Shown in pieces: positions 55,201 to 64,000 of a stretch of DNA of 64,000 nucleotides. The position numbers and the translations under genes were made by a program. Source of the DNA: an uncultured Rivularia sp. (GTDB lineage: Bacteria; Cyanobacteriota; Cyanobacteriia; Cyanobacteriales; Nostocaceae); assembly GCA_963665115.1 (NCBI GenBank), contig OY762007.1, positions 64,001 to 128,000 of the forward strand. Direction: 5' to 3'. The notes below the pieces were generated by a model, which had not been told where the DNA came from, made no database searches, and saw nothing but the letters and a program-made list of their open reading frames with translations. The first letter of the stretch is position 1; every line of letters starts with the position of its first letter.

Positions 55201-56301
55201 ATTGGTAACGTACAAGGAAAAGCTGCTTCTCTACACCAACTTGCAGGAATTTACGCACAACGTGGTGATGTCGATGAAGCAATCAACCTTTACCAACAAT
55301 CTTTGGAATTAACAGAAAGAATTGGTAACGTACAAGGAAAAGCTGCTTCTCTACACCAACTTGCAGGAATTTACGCACAACGTGGTGATGTCGATGAAGC
55401 AATCAACCTTTACCAACAATCTTTGGAATTATATGAAAGAATTGGTAACGTACAAGGAAAAGCTGCTTCTCTACACCAACTTGCAGGAATTTACGCACAA
55501 CGTGGTGATGTCGATGAAGCAATCAACCTTTACCAACAATCTTTGGAATTAAAAGAAAGAATTGGTAACGTACAAGGAAAAGCTGCTTCTCTACACCAAC
55601 TTGCAGGAATTTACGCACAACGTGGTGAAGTCGATGAAGCAATCAACCTTTACCAACAATCTTTGGAATTATATGAAAGAATTGGTGACGTACAAGGAAA
55701 AGCTGCTTCTCTACACCAACTTGCAGGAATTTACGCACAACGTGGTGATGTCGATGAAGCAATCAACCTTTACCAACAATCTTTGGAATTAACAGAAAGA
55801 ATTGGTGACGTACAAGGAAAAGCTGCTTCTCTACACCAACTTGCAGGAATTTACGCACAACGTGGTGAAGTCGATGAAGCAATCAACCTTTACCAACAAT
55901 CTTTGGATTTAGATGAAAGAATTGGTAACGTACAAGGAAAAGCTGCTTCTCTACACCAACTTGCAGGAATTTACGCACAACGTGGTGATGTCGATGAAGC
56001 AATCAACCTTTACCAACAATCTTTGGAATTAAAAGAAAGAATTGGTGACGTACAAGGAAAAGCTGCTTCTCTAGGTATGCTTGGACAACTTTTAGCTGAT
56101 GAAAAGCAAGACTTTACAACCGCACTGGACTATTTACAGCAATCTTTTGAGATATTACAGCGTATCAAGTCACCGGATGCTCAAACTGTAAAGGAAATAA
56201 TTGATAGAATTAAAGCTGCACAAATTAGATCGACAAGTCAAGATTCTAGTAATGGGATTATTTCTCTTTGGCGAAAATTAGTTAATAAGATAAGAAGTTA
56301 G
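52204..56301 (+). CDS. CHAT (caspase-like) protease - STAND/NB-ARC-like ATPase - TPR array protein
   Basis: LPWELL, HLTGH (His), FLSGC (Cys), FVGR, GMGGLGKS, LVLDDFE, GNPRLL, ~13 TPR-like repeats. Confidence 0.93.
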   Translation: MQILHFNLKLLQNHCVELRYFENNPNQYQSRSLPLTEIADLIRLAEQDYYIPLPEDYKKTGQKLFDWLDGNDRFLQQLLDKQRGEGIVLAISTSGNIAHLPWELLHNGKCFLVETKPGIIPVRWVSSDAVKQLSIKPQPENRALQMLFMATSPLNVKPVLDFEKEEASILTATARQPLTLTVEESGCLQELGYLVEDYGKEDGKSYFDVLHLTGHATIKDETPAFITESATGEAIESTADDIASELQFQLPKLIFLSGCRTGQAANCGAVPSMAESLLDKGATSVLGWGQKVLDADATAAAESLYQALSAGKLLSESLALTYQALIENKARDWHLLRLYVADTLPGNLVTSLRTTGRIPASPRSFNAEFLDAAGKVKVPTRESFVGRRRQLQCCLRTLTLPLLTSPYQGEEISGRIGVLIHGMGGLGKSSLAARLCDRLTNFQRVVWVGAIDEASLVNRLTEKLDNQTLRETLQNPDEELKFRLRRVFNSLQETGNNPFLLVLDDFEANLEPRNDSYILLPVAAKVLSALVWAINETDKLQRIIITCRYDFESSSLQHFYKQPLEGMHGADLRKKLNRLAAFEETSQVDETLQAKAQRLADGNPRLLEWLDKLLQSNVDVAAILDKLADDSVELREQVLAEKLLQQMDDTMREMLQLGLVFELPVPREALEIVCENIAEVQQYIDKAIALGLLEVSPDKSLRVPRILPLKKLNSGLPTDNEITVIATTGSNREIFEIAAQVLYRLWREDKETYIEEQALEIHRLALLGRETEISGNLASNLANNWWHKNRYRETVELCKSTLEIIEDYRLLKPMAYCQQQLGEVEQASKNYQQALKLCPLKEEAETSAIYLSFGMLKAQQGDVEQAINLYQQSLELEERIGNVQGKAAIIHNLAIIYAQRGEVDEAINLYQQSLDLDERIGNVQGKAASLHQLAGIYAQRGDVDEAINLYQQSLELYERIGNVQGKAASLHCLAIIYAQRGDVDEAINLYQQSLELYERIGNVQGKAASLHQLAGIYAQRGDVDEAINLYQQSLELTERIGNVQGKAASLHQLAGIYAQRGDVDEAINLYQQSLELYERIGNVQGKAASLHQLAGIYAQRGDVDEAINLYQQSLELKERIGNVQGKAASLHQLAGIYAQRGEVDEAINLYQQSLELYERIGDVQGKAASLHQLAGIYAQRGDVDEAINLYQQSLELTERIGDVQGKAASLHQLAGIYAQRGEVDEAINLYQQSLDLDERIGNVQGKAASLHQLAGIYAQRGDVDEAINLYQQSLELKERIGDVQGKAASLGMLGQLLADEKQDFTTALDYLQQSFEILQRIKSPDAQTVKEIIDRIKAAQIRSTSQDSSNGIISLWRKLVNKIRS
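54781..56073 (+). repeat. 120-bp near-identical tandem repeat, 10 full units + 1 partial (40-aa TPR-like units)
   Basis: read directly; units 2 and 10 identical, units 4 and 6 identical. Confidence 0.98.
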
Positions 56302-56702
56302 GAATTGGGTATTGATAATCGTGGTGGCGTGTTGGGTTGGTTTGGATGATAAAAAACCGCAGAGACGCGGAGTACGCGGAGGTAAGAGGTAAGGAGAGGT
56401 TGTAGTGTGTTGGGTTGCGCTGTGGTTTAACCCAACCTACGAAGAATTGGGCATAGGGGATTGGGGATTGGGCATTGGAAATTTCTCGTAATCCGATAAT
56501 CCCATAATTTAATTTACAGATGAACCCACGGAGGTGGGTTTTGCTTGTTTAGACGCGGTTTCCAACCGCCAATATTTAATTGATCATTTTCTTAATACAT
56601 CCGTGGTGCGTTACGGCATTTTCAAACGGATAACCTTTCAATAAAATATCTCGTGCTGTAACACACCCGCGCAAACTCCTCGCAATGACAAACAATATCA
56701 AA

Positions 56703-56746
56703 CTTCCATCTATAAAACCATTACGCATCGGTTTTATAGATGGAAG
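56703..56746. other. strong hairpin CTTCCATCTATAAAACC...GGTTTTATAGATGGAAG between convergent genes
   Basis: 17-bp perfect stem; terminator or REP-like. Confidence 0.5.
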
Positions 56747-57403
56747 CAAGGTTTCTAAATGCTAATCACTGAAAACTATTGCAGTCTAAGCATTAAAGCA
56801 AGTTAGAGTCTTTTCAAAAATAGTCATTTAAAGTCAATTCAGCGAGCGAAAAACTGAACCGCAAACATTGTCAAAAAGAACAATGAAAATAAGTACATTA
56901 AACTATCTGTATTTAAAAGCATGGTATCTGTTCCCTAAAAACTATTCACTGTAGACTGAGTATATTCACATAATTGTTCCTGAGCAAAATATAAGTATAA
57001 TTACTATATTTAATCATTAAAAAAATATCAATAAGTTTTATAAATAGCAGTATGGTTAATATACCTAAGTGTATAAATTATTCCTGGTATGTAGTGGCGC
57101 TTTAGCGTATCAGTCCAATAATTCCGCGCAGCAAGCCTTTACCTCCTTAGTGCGCTTTCTAACTTCATCAGCGAAATATCCGAAACTATACTTATTAACA
57201 TCGAAAGTAATATTTGTCATCCCTAGTTCTCCGGTTTTATGGAAATTTATATTTCTATCTAAAGTTAAATCAGAACTAGAATAATTGCGTAGAATTACGT
57301 TACCCAACTATCAATTATCAATTATCAATTATCAATTATCAATTACCAATTATCAATTATCAATTATCAATTATCAATTACCAATCCCCAATGCCTAAAA
57401 ATT

Positions 57404-59014
57404 CTAATACCGTTTGCGATTGTGATAAACCGTAACCAACCGCTCAATACCTTTAAACCGATATTTGCCCATAATTTCAAATCTGCGTGGTTTGGAAAGC
57501 ATTTTATAAGTCTCTTCGCTAACTACGCATTCTCCAGGATGACAAATCCCTTCCATCCGTGCTGCTAAATTAATTGTTGCTCCTAAAGCTGTATATTCTA
57601 CTCTTTGAGAACTGCCTACATCACCTACAACCGCTTTACCGCTATTAATCGCAATTCTCAACTCTAAGGGTTCTTGCCAAAACTGATTGTAATTCAAGTT
57701 TTCTAAACGGGCTAACATCCTCATGGCGGCTGCTACAGCCCTATCTGCATGATTGGCTTGCGGTTCAGGTGCGCCGAAAAATGCCATGATGCAATCGCCG
57801 ATATATTTATCCAAAGTACCGCCACAAGCAAATACTTCTTTTAGCATTTCTTCAAATAATTTGTTGAGTAACTCCGCAATTTCCGTAGGAGTAAATCGTT
57901 CGGACATTGCCGTAAATCCGACGACATCGGCGAATAAAATGCTAATTTCGCTTTCTTTGGGCGGTAAACGTCCGTCGGGTAAGGCTCCTAATGCTATCAA
58001 CTGCTGTACCACTGCTGGTGAGTGATAGCGTTCCAATCTTTGCCGAATTATTTCTTCACTTTTGAGCTTTTCGATTAATAACCAACGTTGAACGCTCGAA
58101 GAAACCAGGTTTCCTAAAGTTGAAAAAAAGCTCAAATCTTCGGAACCTTCTCTTACCCAATGATAGGAAGAAAAACTTGCATCGGCATAAAGCACCCCGA
58201 CAACTTTATTTTCATCCCATAAGGGTACTGCCATTGCGCTACGAATTCCTTTGAGAAAAACGCTATGCTCTTCTTCAAATCGTTCGTCTTGATGGGTATC
58301 GGCTAACTGAATCGCGACTTTTTCTTCAAATACTTGCTGACATATGCTTTGAGAGATCCAGCTATCATCAGCCATTAACTGCTGTTTGTTACTAACATTT
58401 CTACTCGCAGCATTTAATAACACTAAATTGCCGCAATTCTTAACATCTATTAACAGCCCCAAACGGTCAATACTATTAAGATAACGAAAGACAACCTGCT
58501 GTACTTGCGAGAAAATTTCTTCAATAGAAGTAGCTCCCGAAAGATTTTTGGCTATATCTACCAAATCCTTTAGACGGGCGATCGTTCTATCTTTGCTCCT
58601 GATATTACCATCGTTACTATCAGCATCTATCCACTGCTCTTGTAATTGTTCAACATTGCGAAGTATAGTTTTACCTTCAGAAAAACCACCATACTTAGGT
58701 GCAATTGCTTTGGGAGGAAGACTTAAAAGCACTATTAGAGAAATATCTCCTACCCAAATTACATCCCCATGAGAAATTGCAGTAGGTTTAGTTACGGGTT
58801 GTTCGTTTAATAGTGTGCCGTTTTTGCTACCCAAATCTTCAACCATCCACAAACCATTCTTTCCTTTCGTAAAACGCGCATGACTGCGAGAAATACCTCC
58901 GAAAGGTAAACTTAGGTTACATTCTGGCAACCTACCAATAATATAAATATCTTGATCCACCGTCACCGTTTTTTGGGTATTTCCCCTTTGGAAACGTAGT
59001 TTCAACTCAGTCAT
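57404..59014 (-). CDS. cyaD: FHA-GAF class III adenylate cyclase
   Basis: IGR..SRSHA..DLGSKNGT (FHA), GAF, FADVVGFT, DKYIGDCIMA, NLAARME. Confidence 0.9.
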   Translation of the reverse strand: MTELKLRFQRGNTQKTVTVDQDIYIIGRLPECNLSLPFGGISRSHARFTKGKNGLWMVEDLGSKNGTLLNEQPVTKPTAISHGDVIWVGDISLIVLLSLPPKAIAPKYGGFSEGKTILRNVEQLQEQWIDADSNDGNIRSKDRTIARLKDLVDIAKNLSGATSIEEIFSQVQQVVFRYLNSIDRLGLLIDVKNCGNLVLLNAASRNVSNKQQLMADDSWISQSICQQVFEEKVAIQLADTHQDERFEEEHSVFLKGIRSAMAVPLWDENKVVGVLYADASFSSYHWVREGSEDLSFFSTLGNLVSSSVQRWLLIEKLKSEEIIRQRLERYHSPAVVQQLIALGALPDGRLPPKESEISILFADVVGFTAMSERFTPTEIAELLNKLFEEMLKEVFACGGTLDKYIGDCIMAFFGAPEPQANHADRAVAAAMRMLARLENLNYNQFWQEPLELRIAINSGKAVVGDVGSSQRVEYTALGATINLAARMEGICHPGECVVSEETYKMLSKPRRFEIMGKYRFKGIERLVTVYHNRKRY

Positions 59015-59540
59015 TCGCTAACAGGATTTACGATTTTGTATTTTGGATTCTCCCGTGTGTTGAAAAACGGCTTTTGGCACGCTTCATCAACGGGGGCTGG
59101 CTGATTTACGGTTACTTAAAACTAATACATTCCATTTATGACACTGTAAACGGCACTCCGACAACTATAACTCTTGTCCGAGCAACCATTAACCCACTTG
59201 TGACTCAAGGAAGCCAAATCGAATATTCTCGTTACAAGTCAAAGCTTTATAACGCAGCTTCGGAGAGGCTTTGCGCCTGTATTCAAGACTATTCCTTCGG
59301 ATTTTTTAGCGTAAGTTATGCGATCGCGATCTATAAATGTTGCTCATTCCCCGTTTTCTGCCCTGTGCTAGAAAAATATTAATCAATTCTTTACATAACC
59401 GGAGTCACATCCGCCATGTGTGAAGAAACAATACAGCAAGAAGCGTTAGAATCAAATTTAATAATTTGCAATGGTTAAGCTATCGAGACAAATCATCACT
59501 TAATAGTTATAGTTGATTTTTTATCCCAAAAAAAATATTT

Positions 59541-61058
59541 ATGAAACAGCATTATAGTTCAAAAAATAATCACTTCAGTCAACTGAGAAACTCGGTTTTT
59601 TTGATTTTAGTTATTTTCAGTATATTAGCAGTAGTAGTCGCAACACTTTATCCTTTCAACTTTTCAGTCCCAAACAATATTTCTAAGCGAGAATTAGTTA
59701 ATAGCTTTGATAATAATAGCTTTTTTAACGATCAGGTAAACAATGTCTTGCTATTTTTACCTTTAGGGTTTGGCTTAACGGGTTTATTACAAAAAAAAGC
59801 AAAATTAGTTGTGCAGATTATAGTCGCAATTTTAGCCAGCGCTGCATTATCATCAAGCGTTGAATTGCTGCAAATTCTCGTACCTTCAAGAACACCAACA
59901 CCCGCCGATATTTTTAATAATAGCTTTGGTGGCTTTCTAGGACTAATTTGCTTTTATATTTGGAATTCTAAAAGCTTTAAAGCGATATTACAAAGAATAG
60001 AAAATAGTCAAGCCAGTAGCTCAATCGGCAAGATTACCTTATTTTTTACAGGCTATATAATTCTGACATTTTTGCTGACAATTCCTTGGCAAGCTACAAC
60101 TAATTTAAGTGGCTGGAATTCCAGTTTCCCATTAATTATCGGCAATGAAAAAACTGCCGATCGAGGTTGGGAAGGTTACATTTCCGAGCTTAATATTACC
60201 AATCGATATTTTTCTCAAAACCAAGTAAAACAAGTATTTTCTCAAAGCAATAATTTTGCAAGTCAGGGAGATTCCCTACTTGCTTCCTATGAATTTAATG
60301 GAAAAGCACCATACAAAGATAAAACCGGAAAACAGCCAGATTTAGTCTGGCAAGGTGAATCAACAACTCAAAATCAAAATAAAGTTTTTATAAGTCCAAA
60401 TCGCTGGCTACAAACAGCAACACCCGTGACATCGTTAACCGAAAGTATCAGTAAAACTTCTAAATTTACGATTAGCACTACCCTTACCACTACTAAAACA
60501 GAACAAAACGGCCCTGCACGAATTATTTCGCTTTCCAACGATTCTTTTCGTCGTAATTTCACCTTGGGACAACAAGGAAGCGATTTAGTATTTAGAGTTA
60601 GAACTCCCCTTACCGGAGCAAATGCTGCTGATGTAAAACTAGATGTTCCTGGTGTATTTAATGATGCAAAACCGCATCACATCGTCATTACCTACTCCAA
60701 ATCATCACTAATTATTTATGTAGACAACATTGCGAATATCCACACCTTAAACTTACTTGACTTAATACCCAAAGAAAAAAGATTTTTCTATTATGGACTA
60801 ACATTTATTCCACTAGGACTTTGTTTAGCACTGCTAACAACATTAGCAAAAAGAAAAATCAACTTTTACCGTTTAATGCTACCCGCAGGAATCATATTAC
60901 CTTCCTTAATATTAGAAGGAATCCTCGTACAAGAAAGCGGTAAAAGCATCAATCCAAAAAACCTATTTCTGGGAATATTATTTACAGCCGGTACAATGTT
61001 GATATTAAAAGCAAGAACGGGAAGTAGTGAGGAGTTAGGAGTAGTAAGTAGTAAGTAG
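59541..61058 (+). CDS. VanZ-like membrane protein with LamG/concanavalin-like domain
   Basis: NVLLFLPLG, ELLQ..PSR..DIFNN, GPARIISLS, HHIVITY. Confidence 0.85.
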   Translation: MKQHYSSKNNHFSQLRNSVFLILVIFSILAVVVATLYPFNFSVPNNISKRELVNSFDNNSFFNDQVNNVLLFLPLGFGLTGLLQKKAKLVVQIIVAILASAALSSSVELLQILVPSRTPTPADIFNNSFGGFLGLICFYIWNSKSFKAILQRIENSQASSSIGKITLFFTGYIILTFLLTIPWQATTNLSGWNSSFPLIIGNEKTADRGWEGYISELNITNRYFSQNQVKQVFSQSNNFASQGDSLLASYEFNGKAPYKDKTGKQPDLVWQGESTTQNQNKVFISPNRWLQTATPVTSLTESISKTSKFTISTTLTTTKTEQNGPARIISLSNDSFRRNFTLGQQGSDLVFRVRTPLTGANAADVKLDVPGVFNDAKPHHIVITYSKSSLIIYVDNIANIHTLNLLDLIPKEKRFFYYGLTFIPLGLCLALLTTLAKRKINFYRLMLPAGIILPSLILEGILVQESGKSINPKNLFLGILFTAGTMLILKARTGSSEELGVVSSK

Positions 61059-61108
61059 TAAGTAGTAAGTAGTAAGTAGTAAGTAGTAAGTAGCGAGTAG
61101 AAAGTAGT

Positions 61109-61403
61109 TATAGCAATCTGAATTTGAATGTGAGAAAATACGTAGATGCAATATTCATATCAAAAGCGCGGCAGTCGCTACAACGCGCTGCCTTGGCTAC
61201 ACAGGCAAAACCCCTTCGGGTAAGGCTAACGCCTCGCTTCGCTAACACTAGTTTGGGGGACGGAAACCGACACCCGCAACTAGATTCACCGCCTGCGCGG
61301 GTTATTTAATTGAGTCCAGGTTGCCGGACTTTGCTTATGTAGTAGCGGTAATAAAGCGCCAGTTTGTTTGTGAAATTCTCACGAATCATTTAGGATTGCT
61401 ATA
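61109..61403. mobile_element. TATAGCAATC...GATTGCTATA-bounded element with nested small repeats
   Basis: imperfect ~28-bp TIR; related ends at ~9085-9110, ~16263-16385, ~34063-34170. Confidence 0.7.
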
Positions 61404-61469
61404 TCAATTGTAAATTCTTAATTCTTAACTCATTACTCATTACTCATTACTCTCTCCTTGCCCCCCTGT

Positions 61470-62366
61470 TCACTGTTCACTGTTCACTGACTCCGGCACT
61501 TCCAGGGGGAATTGTCCTAAAAGTCCTTTACGATAATCGGTGACAATAGTTCTGGCACTACGCTCTACATCACCTTGATATTTATGTTCGGCTAAAGCGT
61601 ATATATATTCTTCTCCGGTGTATGGTGTGGATTCAAGCTTGTAACGAGATAAGAAAGGATTTTCTGGTAACACTTTCGGCGCAGTTTCTTGCATCTCTCC
61701 AACTATATCTACGAATGCTGCTGCTACTTTTTGATTGTCGTAGGATGCTTCTCCAATATCGTCGCAAATTGCTAATTTTAATGCTGCTTCCTGATTATCT
61801 AATCTTAAAGGAATGACACCGGGAGCATCTAATAATTCTAATTCTTTGGAAATTCGTACCCACCTTAAAGCACGAGTTACACCGGGGCGAGCCGCGCTTG
61901 GTACCACACGTTTACCCAATAAACGATTTATCAAAGCTGATTTACCTACATTCGGAAAACCAATTACCACAGCACGTATAGGGCGAGGTAACATTCCCCG
62001 CTGTTTACGTCGTTGATTAACCGCACTTCCCGCAGATTGTGCTGCTTTAGCAACTCCATTTACCCCTTTTCCTTGTTTGGCATCAGTAAAAATGGGAACT
62101 TCATTATTAGCTCTAAAGTAATCCGTCCATAATTCCCTTACCTCAGATGAAATCATGTCCAACCGATTGATTACCAACAATCTTGCTTTATCTCCTATCC
62201 ATTCCGACACTTGCGGATGGTGAGTTGATAAAGGAATACGTGCATCTCTTACTTCTAAGACAACATCAACTAATTTTAGTTGTTCTTTTAATTGTCTTTC
62301 AGCTTTCGCTATATGGCCGGGATACCATTGAATTAGATTTAATTTATAGTTGTGAGTTATGGGCAT
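61470..62366 (-). CDS. rbgA: ribosome biogenesis GTPase RbgA/YlqF
   Basis: IQWYPGHIAKA, DARIP, GFPNVGKS, LLDAPG. Confidence 0.95.
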   Translation of the reverse strand: MPITHNYKLNLIQWYPGHIAKAERQLKEQLKLVDVVLEVRDARIPLSTHHPQVSEWIGDKARLLVINRLDMISSEVRELWTDYFRANNEVPIFTDAKQGKGVNGVAKAAQSAGSAVNQRRKQRGMLPRPIRAVVIGFPNVGKSALINRLLGKRVVPSAARPGVTRALRWVRISKELELLDAPGVIPLRLDNQEAALKLAICDDIGEASYDNQKVAAAFVDIVGEMQETAPKVLPENPFLSRYKLESTPYTGEEYIYALAEHKYQGDVERSARTIVTDYRKGLLGQFPLEVPESVNSEQ

Positions 62367-62573
62367 GAGATTAGGGAGTAGAAAGTAGGAAACGAGGGAT
62401 AAGGAATAAAAGTCTAATATAGCTATTAAAGTATATAACTTTATATATAATGAGTTGAACTATTTTTAGGCGATCGCCATTAATCGCCATTAATTATATA
62501 GTGCAAGAAATATTGGCTAATTATAATTGATTGCTAACATTTTTTTTTGAATATTGCTTCTTTTCCCCACTCC

Positions 62574-62948
62574 CTACTCCCACGACTGATGTAAAATAAT
62601 GCGATTGCCATCAATATCGTAAGCGTAAACCTCTCTACCGTGGGGAGCATGAGTAATTTCGCCGAAAGGGGCATGACCTAATGTTTCAAGATGATACATT
62701 ACACTTTCTAAATCTTTCACTTCTAAACATAAACTAATGCTACTTCTAAAAGAATCACTAAACTCAGAGAAATGAGATTTTTTTGGTTTAAAAATGGCTA
62801 GTTTTAAACCTGAAAGCTGAAACTCTGCATAGCTATTAGGAATATGATTGTTAGGATTTTGACCGAGAAATTTAATGTAAAAATCAGCTAGCTTTACAAA
62901 GTTGATAGTCGCAATAGTTACAAATGCTTCAGTACATTTAAAGGACAT
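62574..62948 (-). CDS. VOC/glyoxalase family protein
   Basis: SLCLEVKDLE, HGREVYAYDIDGNRIIL; start at MSFKC. Confidence 0.88.
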   Translation of the reverse strand: MSFKCTEAFVTIATINFVKLADFYIKFLGQNPNNHIPNSYAEFQLSGLKLAIFKPKKSHFSEFSDSFRSSISLCLEVKDLESVMYHLETLGHAPFGEITHAPHGREVYAYDIDGNRIILHQSWE

Positions 62949-63211
62949 ATTAATATACAGGTCAAAACAGTTCAAAATTATCATTACCTAAACTTTGAGG
63001 CTTGAAGCAAGGAATATGCTTTTATATTTTTCCCTTCAAAGGAGAGGCTTATATTCTTAATTAAACAATTAGAAAAATTAGAAAATAATCCTATTTTAAT
63101 TTTTAACTTTTAATTTTTAATTTTGAATCCAAAAAATGCTCAAAGGTGAGAAATTACTGTTTATAGTTAAAGTTAATCGTAAAGTTTAGACAATTGCGAG
63201 TTTACGCTATT

Positions 63212-63757
63212 TTAGTCATTAGTTAAAGCTGTTTTTGCTTCATGTTGAATATCTTTTTCTGGATTACCCAACTCGCGGGTATTTGCGGCAAATTCTAATA
63301 GTATTCCATCGGGATCGAAAAAATAAAATGATGAGATGAAAGTGTTTTCGTCGGCTTCTGATACATAGCCAGAGGGAACATCGGCGTGATGTAAAATTGG
63401 TGTGGTTTGAATCCCTTTGCTATTCAGTTTTTCTCTATATTCTTCAACTTTTTCCAAAGGGATTTTAAAGGCTAGATGATTCAAAGAGCCGTGAGCAGTG
63501 GCTATATTACCTGTTTGTAAAGCGTCGGGGCTTACCGAAGCTATCCCTGGTGATGCTTGTGGTGCTTGAGGAAACCAGAAAAAAGCCAAAGCATCACCGT
63601 TACCAATATCGAAGAAGAAATGCTGTCCACCGTCGGGAAGAGCAATAGTTTTAATTAATTTTAACCCCAGGGTATTAGTATAAAAGTTTACTGTCTGCGC
63701 CATGTCTTTACATACTAAAGCGATATGATTGATTCCTTGAAGTTGAAAGTCTTTCAT
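63212..63757 (-). CDS. VOC/glyoxalase family protein
   Basis: INHIALVCKDM, LNHLAF, YFFDPDGILLEF. Confidence 0.92.
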   Translation of the reverse strand: MKDFQLQGINHIALVCKDMAQTVNFYTNTLGLKLIKTIALPDGGQHFFFDIGNGDALAFFWFPQAPQASPGIASVSPDALQTGNIATAHGSLNHLAFKIPLEKVEEYREKLNSKGIQTTPILHHADVPSGYVSEADENTFISSFYFFDPDGILLEFAANTRELGNPEKDIQHEAKTALTND

Positions 63758-64000
63758 GATGGCTATGCTTGAATGCTCGATAACTTATTGTTTTCACAAT
63801 ACTGTTAAAAACGCAACTACGATCAAAAGCGATGATTTCTTCATAAAAATCAATCATCTGAGATATATATTGGAATAGAAGCTTAAAATCATTGATAATA
63901 AGCGAAAATAGCATTATTTGGCTATAGGTAATTCTTTTTAGTCCAAATTTTCTGACAAGGCTTAACTATTAGGTTTTTTTAATGGCTTATATAAATGATT

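Noticed and set aside
55322..55792. two identical 76-aa alternative-frame ORFs
   Set aside because: by-product of the 120-bp tandem repeat
57110..57307. 65-aa minus ORF (MTNITFDVNKYSFGYFADEVRK...)
   Set aside because: short, no recognisable family; cannot be supported from sequence alone
59074..59382. 102-aa ORF between cyaD and the vanZ-like gene
   Set aside because: TTG start, no motif, lies in a divergent promoter region
1..64000. tRNA, rRNA, integrase or intact IS transposase
   Set aside because: none recognised by eye; a tRNAscan/ISEScan run would confirm

Overview
AT-rich DNA from a filamentous cyanobacterium (Nostocales-like, judged from the many HIP1 GCGATCGC octamers, heptamer STRR tracts and REP/MITE-like elements). 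About 45 protein genes or remnants are present. In order: a NarL/AraC/Crp/MarR/GAF-kinase regulatory cluster, a decayed metal-homeostasis cluster (atx1-like, smtB/ziaR, internally deleted ziaA), an HstK-type Ser/Thr+His kinase and ftsW. A BMP-family ABC transporter operon follows, split by a ~6 kb insert holding a haemagglutinin-domain gene, an AAA-ATPase/DUF4276 pair and an orphan 9-repeat CRISPR array. Further on are ureide-catabolism-like genes, two Crp paralogues, the ogdA/ssaD TCA bypass, cyaD and rbgA. The strongest candidate for a novel system is at 51.7-56.3 kb: a small EACC1-like protein upstream of a CHAT protease-STAND ATPase-TPR (NLR-like) protein whose 120-bp repeats vary almost only at non-synonymous codons. 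Other notable items are a four-helix-bundle gene enclosed by inverted heptamer tracts, tiny elements inserted at HIP1 sites, and REP-like elements read in frame inside proteins. Many single-base frameshifts in short homopolymers look like sequencing errors. No tRNA, rRNA or cas genes were seen. All family assignments come from motif recognition by eye, not from database searches.
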